This document shows, one piece after another, positions 46,501-58,205 of a DNA stretch of 64,000 nucleotides; position 1 is the first letter of the stretch, and the number at the start of each line of letters is the position of its first letter. The notes below the pieces were generated by a model. It was not told the DNA's origin. It searched no databases and saw nothing but the letters and a program-made list of their open reading frames with translations. This DNA comes from Dictyostelium discoideum (lineage: Eukaryota), in the NCBI GenBank assembly GCA_000004695.1, contig CM000151.3:7840001-7904000 (forward strand). The letters run 5' to 3'. Both the position numbers and the translations under genes were made by a program.

Positions 46501-46816
46501 TATTATATTCGATAAAATCTGGCACAAAAGAAATAAACTCATTCACGATGAAAAAGAAATAATAATTCACAGACAACAAGTCATACGTGAACTAATTAAA
46601 ACACAAAGAGCTGCATGGGACAGGACACAAGCGGTTATAAACAAAACATTAAGAATCAAATCAAAACAACGGCCAGAAGAACAAAATAAATTAGACTCAC
46701 TAATCTCGCTAAAGCTATTACAATTTAGCAGACAATGGAACTCACCTCTTCACGCAATAGAACTTCCTAAACATCTCAAAAAATACAATAATTCACTCAG
46801 TACTTTCTATAAATAA
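43595..46816 (+). CDS. TRE5-A ORF2 protein (1073 aa): apurinic/apyrimidinic-type endonuclease + reverse transcriptase + C-terminal Cys/His motif
   Basis: The N-terminal APE-like domain reads ...ITGDFNVDCS...KSDHNMVIIEL. RT motifs include 'YRPITLLNVDYKIYSKII', 'AFDSISHNAIL' and 'LQFADDTATIA' (a FADD box = YxDD). The C-terminus 'CQQCGEDETSEHIFFNCKAH' is an HC-type zinc knuckle. The frame is intact. Confidence 0.85.
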   Translation: MSQIIINTQIKTTTKTINERIISSEWMIAKTQIKCTTIYAPAKSNERHEWYKENLTEEILHSDIITGDFNVDCSVDNNLNKYIKTIFDEFEFTEIKNGITFPRNKSTIDRVFVSKKILHLNPIVTTKEIKLKSDHNMVIIELKIPEYEQQKKGERLWRQNLETLKMNSTSLKINKTIKYYNKKFEENTSKWYKLNICEQWLKLKDEIKKLSINIEIRESNKTKNKLKELAEKLETAKDSRAIFLKEEINNILKEQVRIKQANQTNTHINNKETPSKYLTRRLKVQRKTNEIPQILDPSNNCLVTKNEDILEVARRYYENLYQKRECNEDTHHELLKTFNKRIDQKILDEINQPIEGYEIRLGIEKIQEGKAPGKDGLLPTFYKNHINEILPIISKLYNHFWNTTIPKDFKQGILITIYKNKGDPNNLDNYRPITLLNVDYKIYSKIINNRILKFLNKIISPFQTGFVPRRLLHDNIITLNSTIEIIKREINTKEDMEPIITFYDFEKAFDSISHNAILRTLAHLKLPLKMVLTIMNLLNESETSVYINNSLSKSFTSKRGTKQGDPISPTIFALVVECMATTIINDRCINGVTKETIKILQFADDTATIAYNFMDHFLMNEWIKKFCQATSAKINQTKCSCITFKWNTRTLYTVIKSNERYLGFDFNNKGIKSKINTISDNIRAKLVTWNSTSSTYMGRLIMAKTYALSQLTFHTYINTTPQHNSIENNIVKFVFNTKSKNSLSLQRRQNNYINGGLNLWNLKTRELAQKAWLFERYLHQRVSNTPSSYIKLWEEELKNNNNNKTTTKQNQLQLHWQCKQAWTQLKTPQNKQTHYEHLPKLKKIYEDMMTTQSPEHNKFIPTPGQKEIMTKINSKHLPFKEIKKIINMKGRDLLWRYTLKALPKIYNMPCQQCGEDETSEHIFFNCKAHIKNTQEIFNYTLTKSGHTTHTWNVKILNHLQIALVANLIAIIFDKIWHKRNKLIHDEKEIIIHRQQVIRELIKTQRAAWDRTQAVINKTLRIKSKQRPEEQNKLDSLISLKLLQFSRQWNSPLHAIELPKHLKKYNNSLSTFYK

Positions 46817-46887
<71 letters not shown>

Positions 46888-47311
46888 GGAACCCAAGTTA
46901 ATCAGAAAATTTCCAGATTTTTAACTTTTTAAAGAAAAATATAAAAAATAGAAAGAAAATAAAATGAAAATCACAAACAACACCACAAATATTAAGCAAC
47001 ACAAATGCCTACAAAAAATAAGCGAAATTGTGGATAAAACTCAATTAAAAAAAAAACAATTCAAATACGTCATAAACATCAATCACGAACCAGACGATAA
47101 AATAAAAAAAGATTTAGAAAAAAGTTTGGACAAAAAAGATGTTTTAATCAAAAGTAATAATACAATTCAAAATTCGAAACAAAAAAAAAAAAAAAAAAAA
47201 AAAAGTAAACTAACCCCTCTTTTAGAGACCCTGTAAAAAAAAAAAAAAAAATAAAATAAAATGAGATCTAACATCTCAAGGAGAAGCAAATAATAATTGC
47301 GTTATCCAATT

Positions 47312-47345
<34 letters not shown>

Positions 47346-47368
47346 TATGAAATTTAAATTGTAAAAAA

Positions 47369-47530
47369 CTATAAATAAAATGAGATCTAGCATCTCAAGG
47401 AGAAACAACCAATAATTACGTTATCCAAAAAAAAAACAAAAAAATTATATGAAATTTAACATTTTAATGAGATCTAGCATCTCAAGGAGAAGCAACAAAT
47501 AATTGCGTTATCCAATTCAAAAATAAAAAA
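47369..47530 (+). mobile_element. Two older TRE5-A tail-only fragments (C-module 3' about 50-60 nt + oligo-A), each followed by a degenerate copy of the same target motif
   Basis: 47369..~47436 reads ctataaataaaatgagatctagcatctcaaggagaaacaaccaataattacgttatcc+A10, then 'attatatgaaatttaac'. 47466..~47530 reads aatgagatctagcatctcaaggagaagcaacaaataattgcgttatccaattc+A, then 'atctatgaaatactta'. Confidence 0.6.
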
Positions 47531-48240
47531 ATCTATGAAATACTTATAATATTTTGTATACTTGTGTGACCCTTGAACACACATAAATAATTAATAATAA
47601 ATTATAAATAATATTATATCTCTATATAATATTATATGTAATAAAGTTTTATTTATAAGTTTTGTTTGTGCACAATTTGGAATAAAACAACAACGAAATA
47701 TTTTTATTTTATTTTACTATTTATACTAAAATTAATTTTACTAAAGAAACCGTTGGTAAAATTTCTGAGAATAAAGTAAGAATATTGTATTTGTTAACGT
47801 CTTTTCAGTTACAGACTATTTCCATATTTGTATTTTACCAGGGATAAAAACTTTATAAATTAATTTATGTCCCTTAATTATTCTCGATTATTACAAAGAT
47901 TCAAATTCATCACGTAGTCAGGCCCTTTTTCTTTCAGAATAATTTATTCATACATAAAATATACTTACCTCTTCTAATTGTATTTAATATAATAAGATTT
48001 ATTTGATCACAACTTTATTTTTATCTTATTTTTACTATTTATGCGATGTATTTTCTGAAGGCCTAATAACAAATAGTAGAGAGGATTTAGAAAAATCCCA
48101 AACATCATCTCCATCAGCTTGAAAGATTTAGTTAACACTGGAACTCTCCCCTCCTCACAGTATCAAACCTTATACAATAAATCACGTCCCTAAACACTCT
48201 CTTTAAAAAAAAATTAAATAAATAAAAAAAAAAAAAAAAA
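47531..48240 (+). mobile_element. Possible degenerate retroelement 3' region (less AT-rich than its surroundings) ending in a TRE5-B/C-like terminal motif + oligo(A)
   Basis: 48125..48200 'ctggaactctcccctcctcacagtatcaaaccttatacaataaatcac..ctaaacactctcttt'+A-rich resembles 37862..37930 'ctagaactctcctctatacatagcaacactaataccaaacctaaacaaatatataacatcactcaacacactcta' of the TRE5-B/C-like fragment. No intact ORF is present. Confidence 0.3.
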
Positions 48241-48298
48241 TTCTTTTTATTTGTGATTTTTTTAATTATTGTTACAAACTTTTTTAAGCTTTTTTTTT

Positions 48299-48339
<41 letters not shown>

Positions 48340-49389
48340 ATAAAAAAGTTTTTGGGCTTTTTATTAAGATCATATTAAAATACTACCATTTTAAATAATT
48401 CCCCTTTTACCATTTTCTTATTTGGAATATTTTCAGATTTGGCAATTTCCTTTTTGGCTATTGGATTTGTCTTAAAAAAGTACATATCCCTTTTTTTAAT
48501 TTTCAAATAATTTAAAAAATTGAAAAATTATCAAGTTATAAAAAGAATAAACTTTTTTGAAAAAAATAAAATGAAATAATCATTAAAACAAATGTAAAAA
48601 ATAAAAATATAAAAAATAGAAAATTAATCTAACCTCTAACAATTAAAAAGGTTAAGATAAAAGTTGATTGATTGTTTAAAATAAATTAAAAAAAAGTTAA
48701 AGTTATTAAAAAAACTAAATAAGTAAATAAAATAAACAAATAAAATAATAAATAAATAAAAAACAAATTAAATAAAAATGTTTTTCTTTTAATTATAATC
48801 CAGATAATATATGAATCAATACCAATCATATGATAGAGAAAGGAAAGATTTATCTATGCACTATATCATAAAGAAAGGTTGATCATCATATAAATATAAT
48901 TTTTAAAGTAATTAAATGAATCAATACTAATCAAATGTCAGAGAAAGGAAAGATTTATCTATGCACTTTGGCATTTTGAAAGAAGATGATATCATTAATA
49001 ATTAAAAAATGACTATTTTATATAAATATCATTTATATATAAATGATATAAATGATATTTATATATAAATGATATAAATGATATTTATAATTAAAAAATT
49101 AGAAACCAAAAAAACAAAAAAAAAACAAAAAAAAGGTTTAATAAAATACATATTTTTTTTATTATTATTGTATAATATAAAAAAACTATTTCCTTTCAAT
49201 TCTATTATTAAATAAAAAAAATTCAAATTATACAAATATTTTGTTATTATCTTATTTTTTGAAAAAATAAATTAAAAAATTCCATTTTTCAATTTTTTTT
49301 TTTTTTTTTTTATTTTTAATTTTAATTTTAATTTTACTTAAAATTTTTATTTTTAATTCAAGTTAAAAATAAAAAAAAAATAAAATAAA

Positions 49390-49875
49390 ATGACAGTAAT
49401 TAATAAAGAATTATTTATAAATAAAAAAGTTTATCAAGATAATAAAATTGAAAATCAAACATATGAATGTGTAATTGATCATATTGGTGATGAAAAATAT
49501 GTAATATTAGAACTTACACCTTATGTAACAACCGATAGTGAAGGTAAACCATTAAAATATTTAGAGAAAAGATATGTTTTAGCATCAACAGATACAGAAG
49601 CCTATCATAGTGGTCAAAAACAATGGTATGTAGAAAACACCAAAGAATTACATAAAAAGAAATGGAGATCACCAGAATGTTTAGGTGGAGGAATCATGAC
49701 AATTGATCAAAATAATAAATCAATTAAAACTTTTGGAACAAGTTATGGTTATGGTGATCCACCAATTGAAATCCTAAAATCAATCTTAAATACAGTTTAT
49801 CCAAATTATAATCTTGATATTACAATTACTTCTGAAGTTAGAGAATTAGTTAAACCAAAACATAATGGATATTAA
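49390..49875 (+). CDS. Hypothetical 161-aa protein
   Basis: Clean ORF with an ATG in good context, preceded by a long AT-rich promoter region. No family assignment is possible from the sequence alone. Confidence 0.4.
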   Translation: MTVINKELFINKKVYQDNKIENQTYECVIDHIGDEKYVILELTPYVTTDSEGKPLKYLEKRYVLASTDTEAYHSGQKQWYVENTKELHKKKWRSPECLGGGIMTIDQNNKSIKTFGTSYGYGDPPIEILKSILNTVYPNYNLDITITSEVRELVKPKHNGY

Positions 49876-49955
49876 AAAAAAAAAAAACAAAAAAAAAAAC
49901 AAATAAAAAAATAATTATTTAATTTTTAATTTTATTATTATTATTTATTATTGAT

Positions 49956-50986
49956 TTAAATACAACCAGTACAAGATGAAATGAAACCATCTTTTATTTT
50001 AGTTTCAACGGAACAATTACATCTTCTTTTTAAATCTAAAGAAGCTAAATCCATATTATTATGTATTATTAAAATTTGAGTTTGATCAATGATTTTACGA
50101 GTGATTTCAGATTTTGAACGATCAGTGAGGTAATCGAATAGATTTGGTAATTGAACACCAGGAATATTACAAGATTTTAATATTGATTTTAATTTTAAAC
50201 CATTGAAAAACCCGATTTTCTCTTCTAACTCTGGTAACAATGGTAATAGATCATAATAAAGTTTACCAATATTTAATAATCTATTAATTGGTCTAGATTC
50301 AATTGATTGTGTATTAACTAAACATGTTGCAAATGAACAATATGATGATGGCTTAATACTATATAATCCATATCCCATCATATTTAACATTGGTTCTAAT
50401 GCTTGACCAACATTTAATGGATAAAAATCATCACCATTAATACTACCATCTGTTGATTTTTCAATTTCTTTAATTAATTCAAATGGGTCATTTATATTAC
50501 AAATTAAATTTTCATTTTCTTCATTATTATTATTATTATTATTATTATTAATATTATTATTAAAAATTGTTAAAGTTTCAACTAATTGTTTTGGTGGTCT
50601 TTCTAATGATAAAATTATAAATCTAATTACATCATTACTTTTTCTTAATAATTTTAAAACATCTGTTAAATTTGCAAATTTTCTTTCCAATGCAACGGTT
50701 ACAACACATTGCATATCTGAATATTCTCTTAATACATTTAACAATTGATTAATTTCTTTAATGAATATTAATTCATCACCTTGTTTTAAATAATATTTTA
50801 CAGCTGGATAAACTTTTGTACCTAATAAACAAGAATTACTTAATTTACCAATTTCATTTAATCTCTCTAATGTAACCTCTAACAATATTGGATAACCTTT
50901 TAATAAACTTGATATATATTTAACTTTATCATTTATACCATTTATATTATTACTACCTCTTGCTATAACTTTTAAAACAAACTATA

Positions 50987-51035
<49 letters not shown>

Positions 51036-51525
51036 ATTATATTAATTTTTGTGCACTACACCATTATCATTAATTATTAATTATTATTAATTTTTACCTT
51101 TTTATTTTTTGGATAAAAAGTTTGAAATTGTTGAATATTAAATTTAATTTCATCATCTGATAGAAATGTTGAATTTTGAAATATTGAAAATTCTAAAACA
51201 AAATTTGAGATGGTTGGATTCTTTGAAACTTTAATTTGATTATTACCATCATTATATTTACCCATACTTTCTATATCTTTAATGGAACTATTATTAAACC
51301 TATTACCAATTACAGGATCAAATGATAAAATTCTTTTAAAAAATTTTAATGATGAACAATAAAGTGTTTCAAATTGTTTACTATGATTTTGTTCACAACA
51401 ACATTTTAAATAAACTTTATCATCATCTCTTGATACTACTATCGCTGGTTTTAATATCAACCCTTTTCTATTTATAATTGTACAAATTGGGCAAAATGTT
51501 TGTGTATCATATAATATAGTTTCCA

Positions 51526-51526
<1 letters not shown>
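49956..51526 (-). CDS. Hypothetical conserved-looking protein, 2 exons (about 484 aa), with a Cys cluster at the N-terminus
   Basis: Exon 1 is 51098..51526 (METILYDTQTFCPICTIINRKG...KVYLKCCCEQNH...FYPKNKK, GTAAAA donor at 51097). Exon 2 is 49956..50981 (FVLKVIARGSNNINGINDKVKYISSLLKGYPILLEVTLERL...CNCSVETKIKDGFISSCTGCI*), after an aaattatAG acceptor. Exon 2 contains an (AAT)n tract, giving poly-N. Confidence 0.5.
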
Positions 51527-51585
<59 letters not shown>

Positions 51586-52018
51586 AAAACTAAAATTAAT
51601 ATCTTTTTTTTTTTTTTTTTATTTTTTCGTTCGTTCGTTTGTTTTTTTTTTATAAATAAATAGTTTTATATATGTAAAAAATGAAAAAAAAAAAAAAAAA
51701 AAAAAAAAATCAACAAAAAAAAAATAAAAAATTTAAAAAAACAAAACCAAGCAAAACAAAATATAAAAGATTTTTTATTAAAATATATTATTTATTTTTT
51801 TTTTTTTTTTTTATTTTATTTTTTTTTTTTTTAATGAGATATAAATCCAATAATGTGAGTGTGGTGTGTGTGCGTGCACATTAATATTTACTTTTCAAAA
51901 ATCTAATTTATCAAGATTTTAAAAATTATAATAATAATTTTAATAATAGGTTTTATTTTTGTTTTTATATTTTATTTGTTTTTATATTTTATTTGTTTTT
52001 ATTTTATTTGTTTTTATT

Positions 52019-52639
52019 TTATTTATCTTCTTCACCTTCAGAATCAGAAGCAATTAAACCATCATAATCTTCATCATCATCATTACAGAAAGAATCAATT
52101 GGATTACTCCAAACTGAACCAACTATAAAGGTTGCAATATCTTTAGTTGGATTTAATAAGAATTTTAAAAAACCTGAAATTTCATCATCATCTTCATCTT
52201 CATCTTCATCATCTGTTGATTTTTTTGAATCTTTATTTTTCTTTTCAGTTTCAGTTTTATTTTGTTTTAATTCAATTGGAGTTGTAGAGATTTTAACTTC
52301 TTGTGATAATTCTTCAGATGTAGTTGGTGTTGTAACTGTAATAATAACTTGTTTATTTGAAATTATATCATTTTCTCTAAAATCAATAAATAAACGAAAT
52401 TCTGTTTCTGTATCTTCAACAAAGAAATCATCAACACACATTGTTAATTCATCAACAAATCCTAATTTTAAAAATAAATTTGTAAACTTTTTTTAAAAAA
52501 AAAAAATAAAATAAAAAAAACATTTTATTTATTATTGAATTATTAGTATTTATAAATATATTAATTTAAATAAAAAAATTTTTTTTTTTTTTTTTTTTTT
52601 TTTCTAAACAATTTTTAATTAATTTCTCAAAAGATTGTG

Positions 52640-52671
<32 letters not shown>

Positions 52672-52927
52672 ATTAACTTACAATAGTGGCCCAAAAATCT
52701 GGGATTTCTAAAAGTAATGCTCTTCTTTCTCTATATAATGGTTCAGCTGATTTATAAATATCTTTATCACATTTCATTAATTCTAAATCCTTTTCACCTG
52801 TTAATTTTTCAATTTCATCTGATAATGATTTTAATTCAGTATCTTTATCAAATAATTCTAAATATACTGCTTTTGGATCATCCTTTTCAAATTCTACCTC
52901 AACTTCTTTTTTTTGATGTTTTGACAT
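52019..52927 (-). CDS. SET/TAF-I-like nucleosome assembly protein (NAP family), 2 exons, about 237 aa, acidic C-terminal tail
   Basis: Exon 1 is 52682..52927 (MSKHQKKEVEVEFE...LYRERRALLLEIPDFWATI, GTAAGT donor). Exon 2 is 52019..52486 (FTNLFLKLGFVDELTMCVDDFFVEDTETEFRLFIDFRENDIISNKQVIITV... ending in a DDEDEDEDDDE acidic run). 'IPDFWATI' matches SET 'IPNFWVTTF'. 'TETEFRLFIDFRENDII' matches '[22 protein letters not shown]'. Confidence 0.7.
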
Positions 52928-53012
52928 TTTTTATTTTGAAATTTATATTAACAATAACCAATGAAAAAAAAATAAAAATAAAAAAAAAAAAAAAAAAAAA
53001 ATAAAAAATTAG

Positions 53013-53044
<32 letters not shown>

Positions 53045-53175
53045 GAAAAAAAAAAAAAAAAAACGAAATAGAAAATTAAAAATAAATAAAAATAAATAAA
53101 AAAAAATAAAAAAAAGAAAAGAAAGTAATAGCAATATAAATTCGAATATGTGTATTTTATTTATTTATTTTTTGA

Positions 53176-53214
<39 letters not shown>

Positions 53215-53419
53215 CCAGTTTTCCAAATTTTTTTTAATTATTTTTGTTTAATATTATTATCATATATTGATATTTTTTTTTAAACTCTATTTATAGAGGG
53301 GAGTTGAGAGAGAGAAATATATATATTATTATACATTTGGTGAAAGTTTAAGGATTTGTATTTTGTTCATTGGAATACCCATAAATATATATGATGGTTT
53401 TTGGTTTTTTTTTTTTTTT

Positions 53420-54429
53420 TTAGATGGTTAAAATTTGTTCCAATGAGCTTGTGAAATTATTAAACTTATGTTGTGAACCTGATTTATGAATAATTGATAC
53501 TCTAAAACCTTGATCATGATTAATATTTTGTCCACCATTCAAATTAAGAGGTGGCATTTGTTGTTGTTGTGGTTGTTGTTGTTGATGGTGATGATGATGG
53601 TGTTGTTTTGATGGTGAAACTGGATTTATAAATGTTGATGGTTTAATTTCAATCTCACATTCAAATTGTGGAGTACCATCAGAATTTATATGATGTGATC
53701 TAACTATACAATGTTTGATATTTTGTTGTTGTTGTTGTTGTTGATATTTTAATTCAAATCCATACTTTTTAATTATTTTTTCTAAATTTACATAAATTAA
53801 ATTGACATCGATTTTACTTTCAATTACATAGTTTGCTTGAGTAGTTTGTAGTTGTCCAACACCATTTGATTGAAGAGATGGTGAAGAAGGTGCACTACCA
53901 TTAGCAGCATTTAAATTATTACTACTACTATTTTTTGAAAAGAAATAAGAGAACCAAGATTTCTTTGGACTACTACCAATTATTGGTGAATTTGGTGTAT
54001 TACTTTGAGATTCTGAAATTTTTAATTTTCTAACCTTTGATGTTATTTCAATTGGTGATGAAGTTTTACCTCTATGTGACATGGTTGGTGATGTTGCTGG
54101 ATTTGTACTAGCAGTCATTGAACCTCTTCTTTGATAATGGTCTGGTTTAATTGCTGATAATTGTGGTGAGGTTGATGTACTTGATGTTGTTGATGAATTT
54201 GGTGATAAACTTGGTGTTGTCGATGATGATGATGATGATGATGATGCTGACATTGTTAATGGTTGAACATTCATTGTATTGTTATTATTATTACCATTAA
54301 ATTGTTGTTGTTGTTGTTGATGATGTTGTTGTAATGCTTGTTTAAGTAATCCTTCTGATGTTGGTCTATTAACATTATTTGAATTATTATTTATATTATT
54401 ATTTATATTATTATTTATATTGTTATTTA

Positions 54430-54466
<37 letters not shown>

Positions 54467-54624
54467 TATAATTGGTTGTTGAATTGCCATATTATTTGCA
54501 CTATTACTTGGACTAATTTGCATTGATTCTTGTGATGTTGAGTTTGATGGAATTTGTTGACTATGTGGTTGTTGAATATGTGGTGGTTGTTGTGATGATG
54601 AATCATTTGATTTACCAACTGCGC

Positions 54625-54712
<88 letters not shown>

Positions 54713-54729
54713 GTTGTTATTTATGTTGA

Positions 54730-54817
<88 letters not shown>

Positions 54818-55425
54818 ATTATTATTATTTGAACCGCTAAATATTTTCTTTAAAGACATATCAGATAAACTGTTTCTTCTAGTTTCTTTTGGTTTATAAC
54901 CATATTTATTTACATCACTATCAAATTTCTTTCTTTCTTCTAATAATCTATAATAAATAAGTGTTGCTGATTTTTGATTAGAAACTAATTGTTGTTTAAC
55001 TTCATCAATTGTACCAACACCAAGTGCCATTAAACTTCTGAATATATCTTCATCGATTTGTGAATAATCAACTAATGGTTCGGCATTCTAAAATAAAAGT
55101 AATAGTAATAAAAAAAAAAAAATTAAAATTAAAATTTTGTAATTTAAAAATAATAATAATAATTTAATAATTAAAATTTTTACATACAATTTCTTCAACT
55201 GGAGTTGCTTTTTGAAATTGATTGAAATTTGAAACAAACCAAGGATGTTCTTTAATTTCTTTAATTGAAATTCTTTTACTTGGATCAACTGTTAACATTT
55301 TAGTTAACAAATCTTGTGCATCTTTATGAATATATGGTGGCATTGAGAATGCACCATTCTTTACTTTATTTAATAATCTTCTGATATTTTCATCGTCAAA
55401 TGGTAATTTACCCTAAATATTTTAG

Positions 55426-55464
<39 letters not shown>

Positions 55465-56232
55465 AAAAATTAGAATTATATTTTTTATATGTATATATAT
55501 ATTTTAAAATTTACTTACAGTTAAGAGAGCATATAAAATAACACCACAACTCCAAACATCAGCTTTTTGACCATCATAATCAATACCAGATACCACTTCA
55601 GGACTGGCGTAATGTGGTGATCCACAACTTGTATGTAATAACATATCTTTACGAACAATTGAACCCATACCAAAATCTGCGATTTTAATTCTTTTATCAC
55701 CACTTAATAATAAATTCTCTGGTTTTAAATCTCTATGACAAATATTTCTACTATGACAATACTCTAAACCAATGATAATTTGTTGAAAGAAAAATAATGC
55801 TTCACCACTTTCTAAACCACCTTTTTCAACTAAATAATCAAATAATTCACCACCTTCAACATATTCTAAAATTAAAAATCTTAAAAAAAAAAATTAAAAA
55901 AAAAATAATAATTAATTAATTATTTGATTTGATCAAAAAATTTATTTATTTATTTGTTTATTTTTAATTTTATTTTTTACTTACAAATATTTTGAAGTTT
56001 CATAAACTTCATACATTTTCATTGCATTTGGATGATCAATAAGTTTCATTAAAACAATTTCCCTTTCAATCTTTCTACGCATTGATGGTTTATTAATTAA
56101 TAATTCTTTATTGATAATTTTAATTCCAACTTTGAAACCAGTATCTTTATGGAAACCAAGTTTAACTTTACCAGTTGTACCTTGACCCAAGGTTTTACCA
56201 ATAATAAAGGGACCAACACTGTGTATTTCCAT
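53420..56232 (-). CDS. AMPK-related Ser/Thr protein kinase, BRSK/SAD-like (kinase domain + UBA-like domain + long Asn/Gln/Ser-rich tail), 4 exons, about 833 aa
   Basis: Exons are 55985..56232 (phase 2), 55519..55879, 55188..55412 and 53420..55087. The product is [41 protein letters not shown]...VYETSKYL|[16 protein letters not shown]...[13 protein letters not shown]...IADFGMGS...[13 protein letters not shown]...[12 protein letters not shown]|[18 protein letters not shown]...HPWF...|[34 protein letters not shown] (UBA-like). The kinase core is about 60% identical to human BRSK2 by eye. Confidence 0.8.
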
Positions 56233-57280
56233 TGTTTTTTTTATTAAATTCTAAATTATTTTTATTTTTTATTATTATTTTTATTATTTTTATTATTTTT
56301 ATTATTTTTATTATTTTTATTTTTTTTATTTTTTGATTAAAAAAAAAAAAAAAAAAAACTGATTGATTAATTTACAAAAATTCGGTTTTTTGTTTTGTTT
56401 TTGTTATTGTTGGTACAATTTTAGTGATACGGATAAATTATTAAAAAAAAAAAAAAAAAGAAAAAAAAAAAAAAAAAACGCTGTTGTTTCTTTCTTTTTT
56501 GAAAATAAAATGTTTGAATCGATAAAAAATATAGTGAAAAAAAAAACAATAGCTATTGCCACAATCTTTTTTTTTTTTTTTTTTTTTTTTTTTGTGTAAT
56601 GTTGATGGCGAAAAACGTAAAAAAAAAAAAAAAAAAAAAAGATTTTTTAATCACTTTTTTTTTTTTTTTAAAAAAATTTTTTTTCTTCTGCACCGTTTAC
56701 ATTTGATTGGGGTATATACTTTTTACTATTTTCGTTTTTTTTTTTTTTTTTTTTTCTTTTTTTTTATTGGGACAAAACAAAAGAGATATTTTGTTTCTAT
56801 TTTTTTTTTATTTTTATTTTTATTTTAAAAAAAAAAAAATAAAATAAAATAAAATAAAAAAAACTTAAGATATTATTATTATTTTTTTTTTAGTTATTTT
56901 TTTTTTTTTTTTTTTCAGATCCGATTATTATTCGAAAAAAATAAAAAAAGAAAAAAAATTTTAAAATAAACAATACTCCAAAAATAGAGTTAACTGTCTG
57001 ATTAAAGAGTAATACTCTGATGTTAAACAGTTTTTTTTTTTTTTTTTTTTTTAAAGCTAACCATTTCTTTTTTTTCTTTTTTTTTCTTGGAAATATATAT
57101 CTAAATATTTTCAATTAACCTGTTAAATAAATAATAAAAAATTAAGGTTTTTACTTTTAAAACTTTTGGATTAATGGTTTCTTTTCTAAAAAAAAAAAAA
57201 AAAAAAAGAGTTGAAAATATTAAAGAAAAGAAAAAAAAAAAAAAAAATTCAAATAAAACAAAAGAAAGAAAGAAAGAAAG

Positions 57281-57341
<61 letters not shown>

Positions 57342-57441
57342 AATGCATTCAATTATTGGTGATTGTGTGGGGTTTGATTAAAACCGATTTATTGAGATGA
57401 AAAACAACAATTGTTTTAACACAACGATTTTAAATTATTAT

Positions 57442-57476
<35 letters not shown>

Positions 57477-58002
57477 CATGAGGTGGTTGTGGTGGTTACA
57501 AAAAACAAAAATAAAAAAAAAAAATAAAGAATATTATTTGTTGTGAGTTTGTAATATTATCTTTTCTTTTTTATTATAATATGGTTTAAATGAAAGTCGA
57601 TATTATAGTGAATGTGTTTAAACAACAAATAAAAAAAAATAAATAAAAAATTCAATAGCAACAACATCACTAAGTGTATTATCAGAGTGGAAAACTTAAA
57701 TAAAAGTCGTTATTTATTTTCCATAAAATTATTTTCATTTGTTTTAAATACCTTTTTTTTTTTTTTTTTAAAACTATTTAATTTTATTTTTATATTTTTG
57801 GTTTTTTTAATTTTTATTTTTTTTTTTTTTTTTTTATTCAAAGATTTAGATATATAAATATTTATATTTTAATTTTTGGTTTTTTATTAAAAAAAAAAAA
57901 ATTAAATGATATTAATAATAGTAATAATATTTATTAAAAGAAAATTTTAATTGAAATAAAAAAAATTAAAGTTATTTAAAATAATTTTAACCAAATGATC
58001 GA

Positions 58003-58034
<32 letters not shown>

Positions 58035-58173
58035 ACTATTTTTTTTTTTTTATAATTATAATTTTTTATTTTGATTTATTTTATTTTTGTTTTGTGTTTT
58101 TTTTTTTTTTTTATTAATAACCCTGTGTTTTAGGGTAGGAGTGGCAGTGGTTTTGTTTTTAATATTATTAAAA

Positions 58174-58205
<32 letters not shown>

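Larger units (their letters stand above)
41610..47342 (+). mobile_element. Full-length TRE5-A.1 non-LTR retrotransposon (about 5.7 kb): A-module x about 1.7, B-module, ORF1, ORF2, B'/ORF1' segment, C-module, A30
   Basis: ORF1 is at 42048..43382. ORF2 is at 43595..46816 (it begins inside the last 190 bp after ORF1). Downstream lie a poly(A) stretch, a duplicated B-module 3' end and ORF1 first about 70 codons (46964..), A25, 'gtaaactaacccctcttttagagaccctgt', and the terminal C-module ...ttgcgttatccaattc + A30. The same 15-bp TSD 'ttgtatgaaatttaa' recurs at 47343..47357, a third copy. Confidence 0.85.

Noticed and set aside
51077-51100. Stop codon ending the 149-aa ORF (…VKINNN*) as the true end of a small Cys-rich protein
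   Set aside because: A GTAAAA donor directly after ...FYPKNKK and an in-frame tatAG acceptor 117 bp downstream join it to the 309-aa ORF. The 'VKINNN' residues are read-through into the intron.
55521-55703. 60-aa minus-strand ORF '[17 protein letters not shown]...'
   Set aside because: It is the wrong frame within kinase exon 2. The correct frame gives the [22 protein letters not shown] kinase motifs.
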